This document shows positions 18,167-27,703 of a stretch of DNA of 64,000 nucleotides, piece after piece. The position numbers and the translations under genes are program-made. This DNA is from Thermoanaerobaculia bacterium. GTDB lineage: Bacteria; Acidobacteriota; Thermoanaerobaculia; UBA5066; DATFVB01. Location: assembly GCA_035717485.1 (NCBI GenBank), contig DASTIQ010000315.1, forward strand, positions 471 through 64,470, read 5' to 3'. The notes under the pieces were generated by a model that saw only the letters and a program-made list of their open reading frames with translations, did not search any database and was not told the DNA's origin. Positions within the stretch are counted from its first letter, which is position 1. Every line of letters starts with the position of its first letter.

Positions 18167-20329
18167 ATGAAGAGCTTCAGGATCGTTCTGATCGCGGTGT
18201 GCGCGGCGGCGGGCGTCGCGCTCGGGGCCGAAACGAAAGCCAAGGCGAAACCGCCCGCCGATGCCGATTGTCTCGGCTGCCACTCCGACGCGACGTTGAA
18301 ATCCGCGAAGGGCCGCTCCCTCTTCGTCGCCGCCGCGAAGCTCGCCCGGTCCGTTCACGGAGCCGCGGGTCTTTCCTGCGTGGACTGCCACGCCGGATTC
18401 GACCCCGGAGAGATTCCCCACAAGGCGAAGATCACCCCGGTCGCGTGCGTCGGATGCCACGACGACGTCGCCGCCAAGCACCCGTTCCACCGCGATCTCG
18501 CGGAAGCGAAGAAGGGCGGCGCCGCGCCCGCGGTCGACTGCCAGTCGTGCCACGGCGGACACGGCGTCGTTCCCGTCTCGTCGCGCGCGTTCCTGCTCAA
18601 GAGCGACCCGGCCGCGGGCTGCGGATCGTGCCACGACGACGTCGTCGCCGAATTCCGCTTCTCGGCGCACGGGCGCGCGCTCGCGCGCTCCGTCAAGGGA
18701 GCGCCGGACTGCCTCACGTGCCATCGCCAGGACATGATCGGCTCGATCGGCGTGCCGTATGCGACCCGCAAGATCGCGCAGGAGAAGATGTGCCTCTCCT
18801 GTCATCTCAAGAACCCCGCGATCCGCGCGATGATGCCGAGCGCCGGGTTCATCGAATCCTTCGAGACGAGCGTCCACGGACGCGCGCTCGCGCGCGGAAA
18901 CGGTGCGGCGCCGACCTGCATCGACTGTCACGGAACCCACGGCATGAGCAACCCCCTCTCGCCGGGCTCGAACGTCGGGAAGCTCGAGATTCCGCACCTC
19001 TGCGCGAAGTGCCACAAGACGGAAGCCGCCCAGTACGCCACGAGCGTTCACGGAACCGCGCTCGCTCGCGGGATGAAGGACGCCCCCGTCTGCACCGACT
19101 GCCACGGCGAGCACGCCGTGCTCCCGCGCCGTGATCCGAACTCCCCGATCGCCGCGGCGAACGTCTCGGCGCGCGTCTGCACGCCCTGCCACGGCTCGCT
19201 GCGGCTCGCGCAGAAATTCAACCTGCCCACCGACCGCTCCCGGAGCTACGCGGACAGCTTCCACGGCATGGATTCCCGCGGGGGGGTCGCCTCGGTCGCC
19301 AACTGCGCGAGCTGCCACGGCGCGCACGACATCCTTCCGTCTTCCGATCCGCGCTCGCGCGTCGCCAAGGCGAACCTCGCCTCGACCTGCGGCCAGAACG
19401 GGTGTCACCCGAAGGCGAACGACCGGTTCGCGCTCGGCCGCGTCCACGTCACCGGCACGAGGGACAAGGACCCGCTCCTCTTCGTGATCGCGACGATCTA
19501 CATCGTGCTCATCGCCGGCGTCATCGGCGGGATGCTCGCGCACAACGCGCTCGACTTCCTCCGGAAGCTCCGGCACCGATTCCGGATCCGGATGGGCAAG
19601 GACGTCGAAGCTCCCGCGGGGAACGGCGTCTACCTGCGAATGACGCTCTTCGAGCGGCTCCAGCACGGGGGCGTCGCCCTCCCGTTCATCCTGCTCGTCA
19701 TCACCGGCTTCATGCTCCACTACCCCGACGCCGCCTGGGTGCGGCTCATCCGGCGGATGAACCCGAGGGCGTTCGAGCTCCGGAGCGTCCTCCACCGCGC
19801 GGCGGGCGTCGTGATGACGGTGACGAGCCTCGTCCACGTCGCCTACATCGTCCTCTCCGCGCGCGGCCGCCAGCTCGTCGCGGATCTCTGGCTGCGCCCG
19901 AAGGACCTCACGGACGCCTGGAAGACCCTCAAGTACAACCTCGGTCTCTCGAAAGAGAAGCCGATGTACGGAAGGTTCTCGTACGCCGAAAAGGCGGAGT
20001 ACTGGGCGCTGGTCTGGGGCACGATCGTCATGACGGTCACCGGCGTCGTCATGTGGTTCGACAACACCTTCATCGGACTCCTGACGAAGCTCGGCTACGA
20101 CGTCTCCCGCACGATCCACTTCTACGAGGCGTGGCTCGCGTTCCTCGCGATCGTCGTGTGGCACCTGTATTTCGTGATCTTCAACCCGGACGAGTACCCG
20201 ATGAATCTCGCCTGGCTCACCGGAATGCTCTCCGAGAAGGAAATGGAAGAGGAACACCCGCTCGAGCTCGAGCGGCTTCGCCGTTCCGGACCCGAGCCCG
20301 GCGCCCCCGCACCGGCGCCCCCGGCATGA
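18167..20329 (+). CDS. Multihaem cytochrome c (12 CxxCH plus one CX4CH) fused to a C-terminal dihaem cytochrome b membrane domain (CbcL-like quinol oxidoreductase)
   Basis: Signal peptide. 12 CxxCH motifs plus CGQNGCH. The C-terminal 300 aa have 5 TM helices with conserved His pairs, like HydC/FdnI-type cytochrome b. Confidence 0.8.
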   Translation: MKSFRIVLIAVCAAAGVALGAETKAKAKPPADADCLGCHSDATLKSAKGRSLFVAAAKLARSVHGAAGLSCVDCHAGFDPGEIPHKAKITPVACVGCHDDVAAKHPFHRDLAEAKKGGAAPAVDCQSCHGGHGVVPVSSRAFLLKSDPAAGCGSCHDDVVAEFRFSAHGRALARSVKGAPDCLTCHRQDMIGSIGVPYATRKIAQEKMCLSCHLKNPAIRAMMPSAGFIESFETSVHGRALARGNGAAPTCIDCHGTHGMSNPLSPGSNVGKLEIPHLCAKCHKTEAAQYATSVHGTALARGMKDAPVCTDCHGEHAVLPRRDPNSPIAAANVSARVCTPCHGSLRLAQKFNLPTDRSRSYADSFHGMDSRGGVASVANCASCHGAHDILPSSDPRSRVAKANLASTCGQNGCHPKANDRFALGRVHVTGTRDKDPLLFVIATIYIVLIAGVIGGMLAHNALDFLRKLRHRFRIRMGKDVEAPAGNGVYLRMTLFERLQHGGVALPFILLVITGFMLHYPDAAWVRLIRRMNPRAFELRSVLHRAAGVVMTVTSLVHVAYIVLSARGRQLVADLWLRPKDLTDAWKTLKYNLGLSKEKPMYGRFSYAEKAEYWALVWGTIVMTVTGVVMWFDNTFIGLLTKLGYDVSRTIHFYEAWLAFLAIVVWHLYFVIFNPDEYPMNLAWLTGMLSEKEMEEEHPLELERLRRSGPEPGAPAPAPPA

Positions 20330-23106
20330 TCCGTCCGGCGAGAACGCTCGCGCTCCTGTTCGCGGTCCTGGCGCTCGCCCCCGCGGCCGGGGCCGCGAAC
20401 CCGGCCCCCTCGAAGGACGACTGCCTCGCGTGCCACGAACCGGGCGTCCGCGTCGGGCGGCGGAAAGCCGGCGAGGCCCCGCCGTTCAACGCGGCGGCCC
20501 TGAAATCCTCTCCCCACGCGGACCTCGACTGCGTTTCCTGCCATGCCGACATCAAGGAAGTCCCTCATCCGGACAAGCTCGCGCGCGTGGACTGCGGCTC
20601 CTGCCACTCGGACGAGGGAAAGCAGTATGCGGCGAGCGTGCACGGCCGGAAGAGCGCCGCCGGCGATCTCTACGCCCCGGGCTGCAAGAGCTGCCACGGC
20701 ACGCACGACGTTCTCCGTCCCGGAACGCCCGGTTCGCCGACCTCGACGATGCAGATCCCGCGCCTCTGCGGCGGCTGCCACCGCGAAGGGTCCGCCGTCA
20801 GCCTCACCCGGAAGATCCCGCAGACGAACATCCTCGGCAACTACATGGACAGCATCCACGGCGAAGGTCTCTTCAAGCGCGGGCTGATCGTCGCCGCCGT
20901 CTGCACGAGCTGTCACACGGCGCACTTCGTGCTCCCCCACAACGACCCCCGCTCCTCGATCGCCAAGGAGAACATCGCGAAGACCTGCACGAAGTGCCAC
21001 GCGCAGATCGAGATCGTCCACCGCAAGGTGATCCGGGGCGAGCTCTGGGAGAAGCAGCCGCACCTGATTCCCGCCTGCGTCGACTGCCACTCTCCGCACA
21101 AGATCCGGAAGGTCTTCTACTCGCAGGGAATGGCGGACCAGGACTGCCTGCGCTGCCACGGCGACCCGAACCTGAAGGGAACCCGGGGCGGCGAGACCGT
21201 CTCCATGTTCACGGACGCGAAGGAGCTCGCGCATTCCCGCCACGCGAAGATCGCCTGCGGGCAGTGCCACACCGGCGGCGACCCCTCGAAGACCCGCCCC
21301 TGCCTCACGATCGCGGCGCGCGTCGACTGCTCGATCTGCCACGCCGCCGTCGTCGACCAGTACAAGGAAAGCCGACACGGTCAGCTCTTCGCGCAGGGCA
21401 GCCCCGACGCGCCGTCGTGCCAGGACTGCCACAGTCCGCACGGGACGTTGTCCAAGACCGACCTGAATTCCCCGACGTTCTCGCGGAACGTCCCGGCGCT
21501 GTGCGCGCGCTGCCATCGCGCGGGCGAGAAGGCGGCCGTCCGATACCGGGGCGCCCAGAAGAACATCGTCGAGAACTATCTCGAGAGCATCCACGGCAAG
21601 GGCCTCATGGAGTCGGGGCTCACGGTCACCGCCAACTGCGCCGACTGCCACAGCGCGCACCGCGAGCTGCCGTCGGCCGACCCCCGGTCGACCGTGAATC
21701 GCGCCAACGTCGCCCTGACCTGCGCAAAGTGCCACCGCGGGATCTACGAGCTCTTCAACGCGAGCGTCCATTCGACGGCCGTGACCCGGACGAACAAGAC
21801 GCTTCCGGTCTGCAGCGACTGCCACTCGGCTCACAGCATCCAGCGGACGGACCTCTCGAACTTCCGCCTCCACATCATGGACCAGTGCGGCCGATGCCAC
21901 GAGAAGATCGCGGCGACGTACTTCGACACGTTCCACGGAAAGGTCTCGAAGCTCGGGTATCTCGCGACCGCCAAGTGCTACGACTGCCACGGGTCGCACG
22001 ACATCCTTCCCGTGACCGATCCCCGCTCGCGCCTCTCCCGCGCCAACATCGTCAAGACGTGCGGGAAGTGCCACAGCGGTTCGCACCGCCAGTTCGCCGG
22101 ATATCTCACGCACGCGACGCACCACGACCCGAAGCGCTACCCCTTCCTCTTCTACACGTTCTGGGGGATGACGTTCCTCCTCGTCGGAACGCTCACGTTC
22201 GCCGGCACCCACACCGCGCTCTGGCTCCGCCGCTCGCTCGCCGACGGAAAGGCCCCCGCCGCGGCCGAGGCCCAGGCCGACCGCGTCTACGTCCGCCGCT
22301 TCACGACGTTCCAGCGGAACCTGCACCTGATGGTGATCGGCAGTTTCCTCGGGCTCGCGGCGACCGGCATGACGCTGAAGTTCTCCTACGCGCCGTGGGC
22401 GCGCGTCCTCGCGCGGCTCTTCGGCGGATTCGTCGCGGCCGGCCTGATCCACCGCTTCTGCGCGGTCGTGACCTTCACCTATTTCGGGCTCCACCTCTGG
22501 GACCTCGTCCGCCAGAAGCGGAAGAGCGGGAAGAGCTGGATCCGGCTCGTCTTCGGTCCGGACAGCATGATGCTCAACCGCCGCGACTGGCGCGAGTTCG
22601 TCGGATCGATCAAGTGGTTCCTGAAGAAGGGGCCGCGGCCCCGCTACGGGCGCTGGACCTACTGGGAGAAGTTCGACTACTTCGCGGTGTTCTGGGGCGT
22701 GGCCGTGATCGGCATGACCGGCCTGATCCTCTGGTTCCCGACCGTCTTCACGCGAGTGCTGCCCGGGTGGATGGTGAACGTGGCGACGACGATCCACAGC
22801 GACGAGGCGCTGCTCGCCGTGTGCTTCATCTTCAGCATCCATTTCTTCAACACCCACTTCCGTCCGGAGAAGTTCCCGATCGACACCGTGATCTTCACGA
22901 CGGGAGTTCCGCTCGAGGAGCTCAAGCACGACCGGCCGCTCGAGTACCGGCAGCTTCGCGAGAGCGGAGAGCTCGAGCGCCTGAAGATGCCGGCGCCGAT
23001 CCCGCTGGCGAACCGGATGTGGCGCCGTTTCGGCTTCACCGCGCTCGCGATCGGGCTCGTGCTGATCGGGCTGATCCTGTATTCGATGCTCTTCCTCTAT
23101 CGGTGA
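20326..23106 (+). CDS. Second multihaem cytochrome c (19 CxxCH) fused to a dihaem cytochrome b membrane domain (CbcL-like paralogue)
   Basis: ATGA overlap with the previous gene. Signal peptide MIRPARTLALLFAVLALAPAAGA. 19 CxxCH motifs. C-terminal multi-TM domain with His ligands. The upstream part of ORF 19402 is an artefact. Confidence 0.8.
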   Translation: MIRPARTLALLFAVLALAPAAGAANPAPSKDDCLACHEPGVRVGRRKAGEAPPFNAAALKSSPHADLDCVSCHADIKEVPHPDKLARVDCGSCHSDEGKQYAASVHGRKSAAGDLYAPGCKSCHGTHDVLRPGTPGSPTSTMQIPRLCGGCHREGSAVSLTRKIPQTNILGNYMDSIHGEGLFKRGLIVAAVCTSCHTAHFVLPHNDPRSSIAKENIAKTCTKCHAQIEIVHRKVIRGELWEKQPHLIPACVDCHSPHKIRKVFYSQGMADQDCLRCHGDPNLKGTRGGETVSMFTDAKELAHSRHAKIACGQCHTGGDPSKTRPCLTIAARVDCSICHAAVVDQYKESRHGQLFAQGSPDAPSCQDCHSPHGTLSKTDLNSPTFSRNVPALCARCHRAGEKAAVRYRGAQKNIVENYLESIHGKGLMESGLTVTANCADCHSAHRELPSADPRSTVNRANVALTCAKCHRGIYELFNASVHSTAVTRTNKTLPVCSDCHSAHSIQRTDLSNFRLHIMDQCGRCHEKIAATYFDTFHGKVSKLGYLATAKCYDCHGSHDILPVTDPRSRLSRANIVKTCGKCHSGSHRQFAGYLTHATHHDPKRYPFLFYTFWGMTFLLVGTLTFAGTHTALWLRRSLADGKAPAAAEAQADRVYVRRFTTFQRNLHLMVIGSFLGLAATGMTLKFSYAPWARVLARLFGGFVAAGLIHRFCAVVTFTYFGLHLWDLVRQKRKSGKSWIRLVFGPDSMMLNRRDWREFVGSIKWFLKKGPRPRYGRWTYWEKFDYFAVFWGVAVIGMTGLILWFPTVFTRVLPGWMVNVATTIHSDEALLAVCFIFSIHFFNTHFRPEKFPIDTVIFTTGVPLEELKHDRPLEYRQLRESGELERLKMPAPIPLANRMWRRFGFTALAIGLVLIGLILYSMLFLYR

Positions 23107-23179
23107 CCGGAGCGAGGAATAAAATCGACCATCGCCCGCCGAGGACGCGGGCCGAACGACAGAAAGGGGACCGGCGGGA

Positions 23180-24622
23180 ATGAAGGATTTCGCGAAGAAC
23201 TGGCTGCGCCCGATCGTCTATCTGGGGCAGAACCCCATGAGCATCCTCGGCGCGGTCCTCACGACGAGTTCGGCGCTGACTCTCGCCGGCTTCTGGGTGT
23301 TCGAGATCCTGCAGACACGACCGCTGCCCCCCTACGCGGGGATCGTCCTCTACCTCGTCCTTCCCGGCATCTTCGTGATCGGCCTCGTCCTGATGCCGGT
23401 CGGCGCGCTCTGGCAGCGCCGCAGCCTCAAGCGCGCCGGGAAGCTTCCCCACGAGTATCCGCGGATCGACCTGCGGCACCCCGTGCTCCGGCGCGCGGCC
23501 GTGCTCGTCGCGATCGCCACCGGGTTGAACGTGATGATTCTCGGAACCGCTTCCTACCTCGGCGTGGAGTACATGGACTCGGTGCAGTTCTGCGGACAGA
23601 GCTGCCACACGGTGATGGCCCCGGAATACACCGCCTACAAGGATTCCCCCCACTCCCGCGTCGCCTGCGTCGAGTGCCACATCGGAGCGGGAGCGCCGTG
23701 GTTCGTGCGCTCCAAGATCTCCGGCGTGCGGCAGGTCTTCGCGGTGGCGTTGAAGACGTACTCGACGCCGATCCCGTCTCCGGTCCAGCACTTGCGGCCG
23801 GCGCGCGAGACGTGCGAGCGCTGCCACTGGCCGCAGCGGTTCGTCGGCGACAAGCTGCTCGTCCGTCCGAAGTTCGCCGACGACGCCGCGAACACGAAGT
23901 CGTACGACGTCCTCGTGATGAAGATCGGGGGCCACACCTGGCAGGGGGCCGTCGGAATCCACGGCCGGCACCTCGCCCAGGCGTCGCGCGTGTCGTATGT
24001 CTCGACGGACGCGCACCGGCAGGTGATCCCCGTCGTCCGCTACACCGACGATTCCGGCAAGACGATCGAGTACGTCTCGACGGACGTCAAGACGACTCCC
24101 GAGCAGCTGCAGCGCGGCGAGAAGCGGACGATGGACTGCATGGACTGCCACAACCGGCCCTCCCACACGTTTCAGATACCCGAGAAGGCCGTCGACCAGG
24201 CGATGGCGGCCGGTCGGATCAGTCCGGAGCTCCCGTTCGTCAAGAAAGAGACCGTCGCGCTCCTGAAGACCCCGTATGCGGACCGGGATGCGGCGTCGGC
24301 GGCGATCGGCGAAAAGATGGCGGAGTTCTATCGGACGTCCTATCCGGACGTCTTCCGGACGCATCGCGCGCAGATCGAGGCGGCCGCCGACGAAGCGCGG
24401 CAGATCTATCTGCGGAACGTCTTCCCCGCGATGAAGATCGGATGGGGCACCTACCCGAACAATCTCGGGCACGAGGACTTCCTCGGCTGCTTCCGCTGCC
24501 ACGACGGCAGCCACCAGTCGAAGGACGGGAAGGTCATCACCCAGGACTGCGACGCGTGCCACGCCCTGCTGGCGCAGGACGAATCGAACCCGAAGATCCT
24601 CGCCGAGCTCGGGATGAAATGA
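23180..24622 (+). CDS. Membrane-anchored multihaem cytochrome c, NapC/NirT-family, ImcH-like (6 CxxCH, 3 N-terminal TM helices)
   Basis: Three N-terminal hydrophobic helices, then a periplasmic domain with CGQSCH, CVECH, CERCH, CMDCH, CFRCH and CDACH. Confidence 0.75.
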   Translation: MKDFAKNWLRPIVYLGQNPMSILGAVLTTSSALTLAGFWVFEILQTRPLPPYAGIVLYLVLPGIFVIGLVLMPVGALWQRRSLKRAGKLPHEYPRIDLRHPVLRRAAVLVAIATGLNVMILGTASYLGVEYMDSVQFCGQSCHTVMAPEYTAYKDSPHSRVACVECHIGAGAPWFVRSKISGVRQVFAVALKTYSTPIPSPVQHLRPARETCERCHWPQRFVGDKLLVRPKFADDAANTKSYDVLVMKIGGHTWQGAVGIHGRHLAQASRVSYVSTDAHRQVIPVVRYTDDSGKTIEYVSTDVKTTPEQLQRGEKRTMDCMDCHNRPSHTFQIPEKAVDQAMAAGRISPELPFVKKETVALLKTPYADRDAASAAIGEKMAEFYRTSYPDVFRTHRAQIEAAADEARQIYLRNVFPAMKIGWGTYPNNLGHEDFLGCFRCHDGSHQSKDGKVITQDCDACHALLAQDESNPKILAELGMK

Positions 24623-24656
24623 GGGGCGCCGCCGGTCCGCCTCCGGACCCCGCGCC

Positions 24657-27197
24657 GTGAGCGCGACGGCCGGGGAGCGGCCGAGCGGCCTCTCCAGCGC
24701 GCGCGCCCGGGAGCTCCTCGCCGAACACGGGCCCAACCGGTACGTCCCGGCGGGCCGCACCGCCTCGTTCGCCGAATTCCTCCGCACGCTCGCCGACCCG
24801 ATGGCGATCATGCTGCTCGCCGCGGCGATCCTCTCCTTCGCGGCGGGACAGCGGCGGGACGGAATCGTGCTCCTGGTGGCCCTCTTCCCGGTGCTCGCGG
24901 TCGACGTCGTCCTCGAGGCGAGGTCGCGGCAGGCGCTGAAGAAGCTCGCGCAGGCGGTTTCCCCGCGTGCCACCGTCGTCCGCGACGGCGTGCCGGCCGA
25001 GATCCCGACCGAGGAGATCGTGCCCGGCGACATCCTCGTGATCCGCGAGGGAGACGTTCTGCACGCCGACGGGACCGTCGCGTGGTCCGCGCACCTGGCG
25101 ATCGACGAGTCCATGCTGACCGGCGAGTCGGAGCCGAAGGACAAGATCGCCGGCACGCCGTTCTACGCCGGCTCGCGCGTGCTCACCGGTCAGGGCGGGG
25201 GCGAAGTGGCCTCGACCGGCCTCCGGACGCAGTACGGCCGGATCGCCTCGCTCGTCGCGGAAGCGCCCGCGGGGCAGACGCCGATCCAGGAGAAGACCGC
25301 GAAGGTCGTCTCCATCCTCGGGAAAGTCGCGCTCGTCGTCGCGGCCGCGGTCTTCGGCCTCGCGTGGCTCCGGGAACGGTCGCTGGCGCGCGCCTTCGTG
25401 TCGGCGATCAGCGTCGCGATGTCGGCGATGCCCGAGGAGTTCCCGCTCGTGTTCACGCTGTTCCTCTCGCTCGGGGCCTGGCGCCTCTCGAAGCATCGCG
25501 TCCTCGTCCGGCGGCTCGCGAGCGTCGAGACGCTGGGGTCGACGACGGTGATCTGCACGGACAAGACCGGGACGCTGACGCTCGGGCAGTTCGTCCTCGA
25601 AGCGGTGCTCCCGTTCGGCGACTTCACGGAGGCCGATCTCCTGGAATCCGCCGTCCTCGCCTGCGAGATCGACCCCTCCGACCCGCTGGATCAGACGATC
25701 CTCGAATCCGCGCGCGCCGCCGGACTCGACCCGGGGCGGCTCCATTCGGGCGGGCGCCTCGTCCGCGACCATTCGTGGGACGCCCTCGGCAAGCACATGT
25801 CGCACGTGTGGAGAACGGAAGACGCGGCGGCGGGCACCCTCGTCGTCGCGGCGAAAGGCGCCCTCGAGGGGATCCTCGAGCACTGCGCGCTGACGCCCGG
25901 GCGCCGGGCCGAAGCCGAAGCGCGTCACGCGGAGCTCGCGGCGGGAGGGCTGCGCCTCCTCGCGGTCGCCGGAAAAACGCAGCGGGAGGGGTCCGAGGAC
26001 CGCGCGAGCGACGAATCGAACCTCGCGCTCGTCGGCTTCCTCGGCTTCCGGGATCCCCTCCGGCCGGAGATCGCGGCCGCGGTCGCGGACTGCCGCACCG
26101 CCGGAATCGCGATCAAGCTCGTGACCGGCGACCATCCGGTCACGGCGCAGGCGATCGCCGAGAGCGCCGGCATCGTCACGGGACGCGAGCCGATCGCGAC
26201 CGGCGACGAGCTCGCGGCGCTCTCTCCCCCCGATTTCGCGCGGCGCGTCGCGGAATCGCCGATCCTCGCCCGCATCCTCCCCGAACAGAAGTACGCGATC
26301 GTCGACGCGCTCCGCGCCGGCGGAGAAGTCGTCGCGATGGCCGGCGACGGCATCAACGACGCTCCGGCTCTCCGCCGCGCGTCGATCGGGATCAGCATGG
26401 GCGCCCGGGCCACGGAGGTGGCGCGCGCCGCGGCCGATCTCGTCCTTCTCGACGACAATTTCGGCTCGATCGTCCAGACGATCCGGGAGGGCCGGCGGAT
26501 CTACGACAACCTCGAGAAGGCGTTCCGGTACCTGCTCGCCTTTCACGTGCCGATCGTCCTTCTCGCGGTGGTCGTTCCCCTCCTGGGGTTCCCGCTCCTC
26601 CTCCTTCCGGTCCACCTCGTCTGGCTCGAGCTCGTCGTGCACCCCGTTTCCGCCCTGCTGTTCGAAGGAGAGCCGGCGGATCCCGACGTCATGCGGCGCC
26701 CGCCCCGGCCGCCCGGATCGTCTCTGCTCGGGAAGCGTTCGGTCCGGAGCTCCGTCGCGACCGGCGCCCTGCTCGCGGCCGCGGTGCTCGCGATCTACGC
26801 CGCGGCGGTGTCGAAGGGAGAAGACGCGGCACGGGGCTTCGCGCTCGCGGCGCTCATACCGGGGACGCTCCTGATCGCCTGGGCGGAGCGCGCCGGAGAT
26901 CGTCCCTGGCGGCGCGTTCCGGCGCCGAACACCGGCCGGTTCTGGGGGATCATGGCGCCGATCGCGGTCTCGCTCCCCCTTCTCGTCGCCTGGCCGACCG
27001 CCTCGCAGATTCTCCACGCCACGTTTCCGTCCTCCGGGCAGTGGGCGATCGCGCTCGCGGCGGCAACCGCGGCGGTCGCCTGGCGCGCGTTCGGCACCGG
27101 GGAAGAAAGGCGAAAACTCCCCGTCTCGCCGGACTTCTCCGCCGATCGAAATGCCGCCGGCGCCGCCGGACGGCGGCCCGGTGCGCCCCCGCTCTGA
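24657..27197 (+). CDS. P-type cation-transporting ATPase (P2/Ca-Mg type)
   Basis: DKTGTLT phosphorylation motif, TGES, GDGINDAPAL hinge, 8-10 TM helices. 846 aa. GTG start. Confidence 0.85.
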   Translation: MSATAGERPSGLSSARARELLAEHGPNRYVPAGRTASFAEFLRTLADPMAIMLLAAAILSFAAGQRRDGIVLLVALFPVLAVDVVLEARSRQALKKLAQAVSPRATVVRDGVPAEIPTEEIVPGDILVIREGDVLHADGTVAWSAHLAIDESMLTGESEPKDKIAGTPFYAGSRVLTGQGGGEVASTGLRTQYGRIASLVAEAPAGQTPIQEKTAKVVSILGKVALVVAAAVFGLAWLRERSLARAFVSAISVAMSAMPEEFPLVFTLFLSLGAWRLSKHRVLVRRLASVETLGSTTVICTDKTGTLTLGQFVLEAVLPFGDFTEADLLESAVLACEIDPSDPLDQTILESARAAGLDPGRLHSGGRLVRDHSWDALGKHMSHVWRTEDAAAGTLVVAAKGALEGILEHCALTPGRRAEAEARHAELAAGGLRLLAVAGKTQREGSEDRASDESNLALVGFLGFRDPLRPEIAAAVADCRTAGIAIKLVTGDHPVTAQAIAESAGIVTGREPIATGDELAALSPPDFARRVAESPILARILPEQKYAIVDALRAGGEVVAMAGDGINDAPALRRASIGISMGARATEVARAAADLVLLDDNFGSIVQTIREGRRIYDNLEKAFRYLLAFHVPIVLLAVVVPLLGFPLLLLPVHLVWLELVVHPVSALLFEGEPADPDVMRRPPRPPGSSLLGKRSVRSSVATGALLAAAVLAIYAAAVSKGEDAARGFALAALIPGTLLIAWAERAGDRPWRRVPAPNTGRFWGIMAPIAVSLPLLVAWPTASQILHATFPSSGQWAIALAAATAAVAWRAFGTGEERRKLPVSPDFSADRNAAGAAGRRPGAPPL

Positions 27198-27209
27198 GGA
27201 GCGACGGCG

Positions 27210-27333
27210 AGACGCGAGCCCGGATGGAATGCGGGCGGCCCGCAGCGACCGCAGGCGTACTGAAGAAGTACGTCGGAGGAAGCGGCGGGCCGCACGCGCC
27301 CGTCCGGCTCGATGGATGGTCCGCGCCCGCTCC
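27210..27333. repeat. 124-bp direct repeat, copy 1 (intergenic, 3' of ATPase)
   Basis: Identical to copy 2 except for 2 mismatches. Internal hairpins such as cgtac-tgaagaa-gtacg and gcccg-gatggaat-gcgggc. Confidence 0.7.
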
Positions 27334-27385
27334 ACGACGATTCGAGCCGCTTCCCGGATGACCGGAATGCGGCTCAGGCGCGGCC

Positions 27386-27509
27386 AGACGCGAGCCCGGA
27401 TGGGATGCGGGCGGCCCGCAGCGACCACAGGCGTACTGAAGAAGTACGTCGGAGGAAGCGGCGGGCCGCACGCGCCCGTCCGGCTCGATGGATGGTCCGC
27501 GCCCGCTCC
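27386..27509. repeat. 124-bp direct repeat, copy 2 (period 176 bp)
   Basis: 122/124 identity to copy 1. Separated by a 52-bp spacer. Confidence 0.7.
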
Positions 27510-27511
27510 GG

Positions 27512-27703
27512 TTACGAGGGCGTCACCCCCGGCTCATGCGCCTGCAATGACGGCTCCGGACCGCGCTTCTCGCGCCGGCTCGGCCCCTCGAATTCTTCGG
27601 TCTGGGCGATGAACGCCTCTTTTTCTTCGGGTGTCATCCGGTCGTTCGGCGTGACGCGCGTTCGCGCGGGGCGCCGGTTTCCGGTCGTGGCAATCGGTTT
27701 CAT
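27512..27703 (-). CDS. Hypothetical small protein (63 aa)
   Basis: Strong GAAGGAGG Shine-Dalgarno 6 nt upstream of ATG. Lower-GC codon usage. Overlaps antisense to the longer but unsupported ORF 27312..27728. Confidence 0.35.
   Translation of the reverse strand: MKPIATTGNRRPARTRVTPNDRMTPEEKEAFIAQTEEFEGPSRREKRGPEPSLQAHEPGVTPS

Noticed and set aside
19402-20325. N-terminal 308-aa extension of ORF 19402..23106
   Set aside because: It overlaps the first cytochrome gene in another frame and is Arg/Pro-rich. The true start at 20326 has a signal peptide and an ATGA coupling.
27210-27509. Possibility that the tandem repeat is a CRISPR array
   Set aside because: Only two copies are present. The unit of 124 bp is far longer than CRISPR repeats, and no cas genes are in the window.
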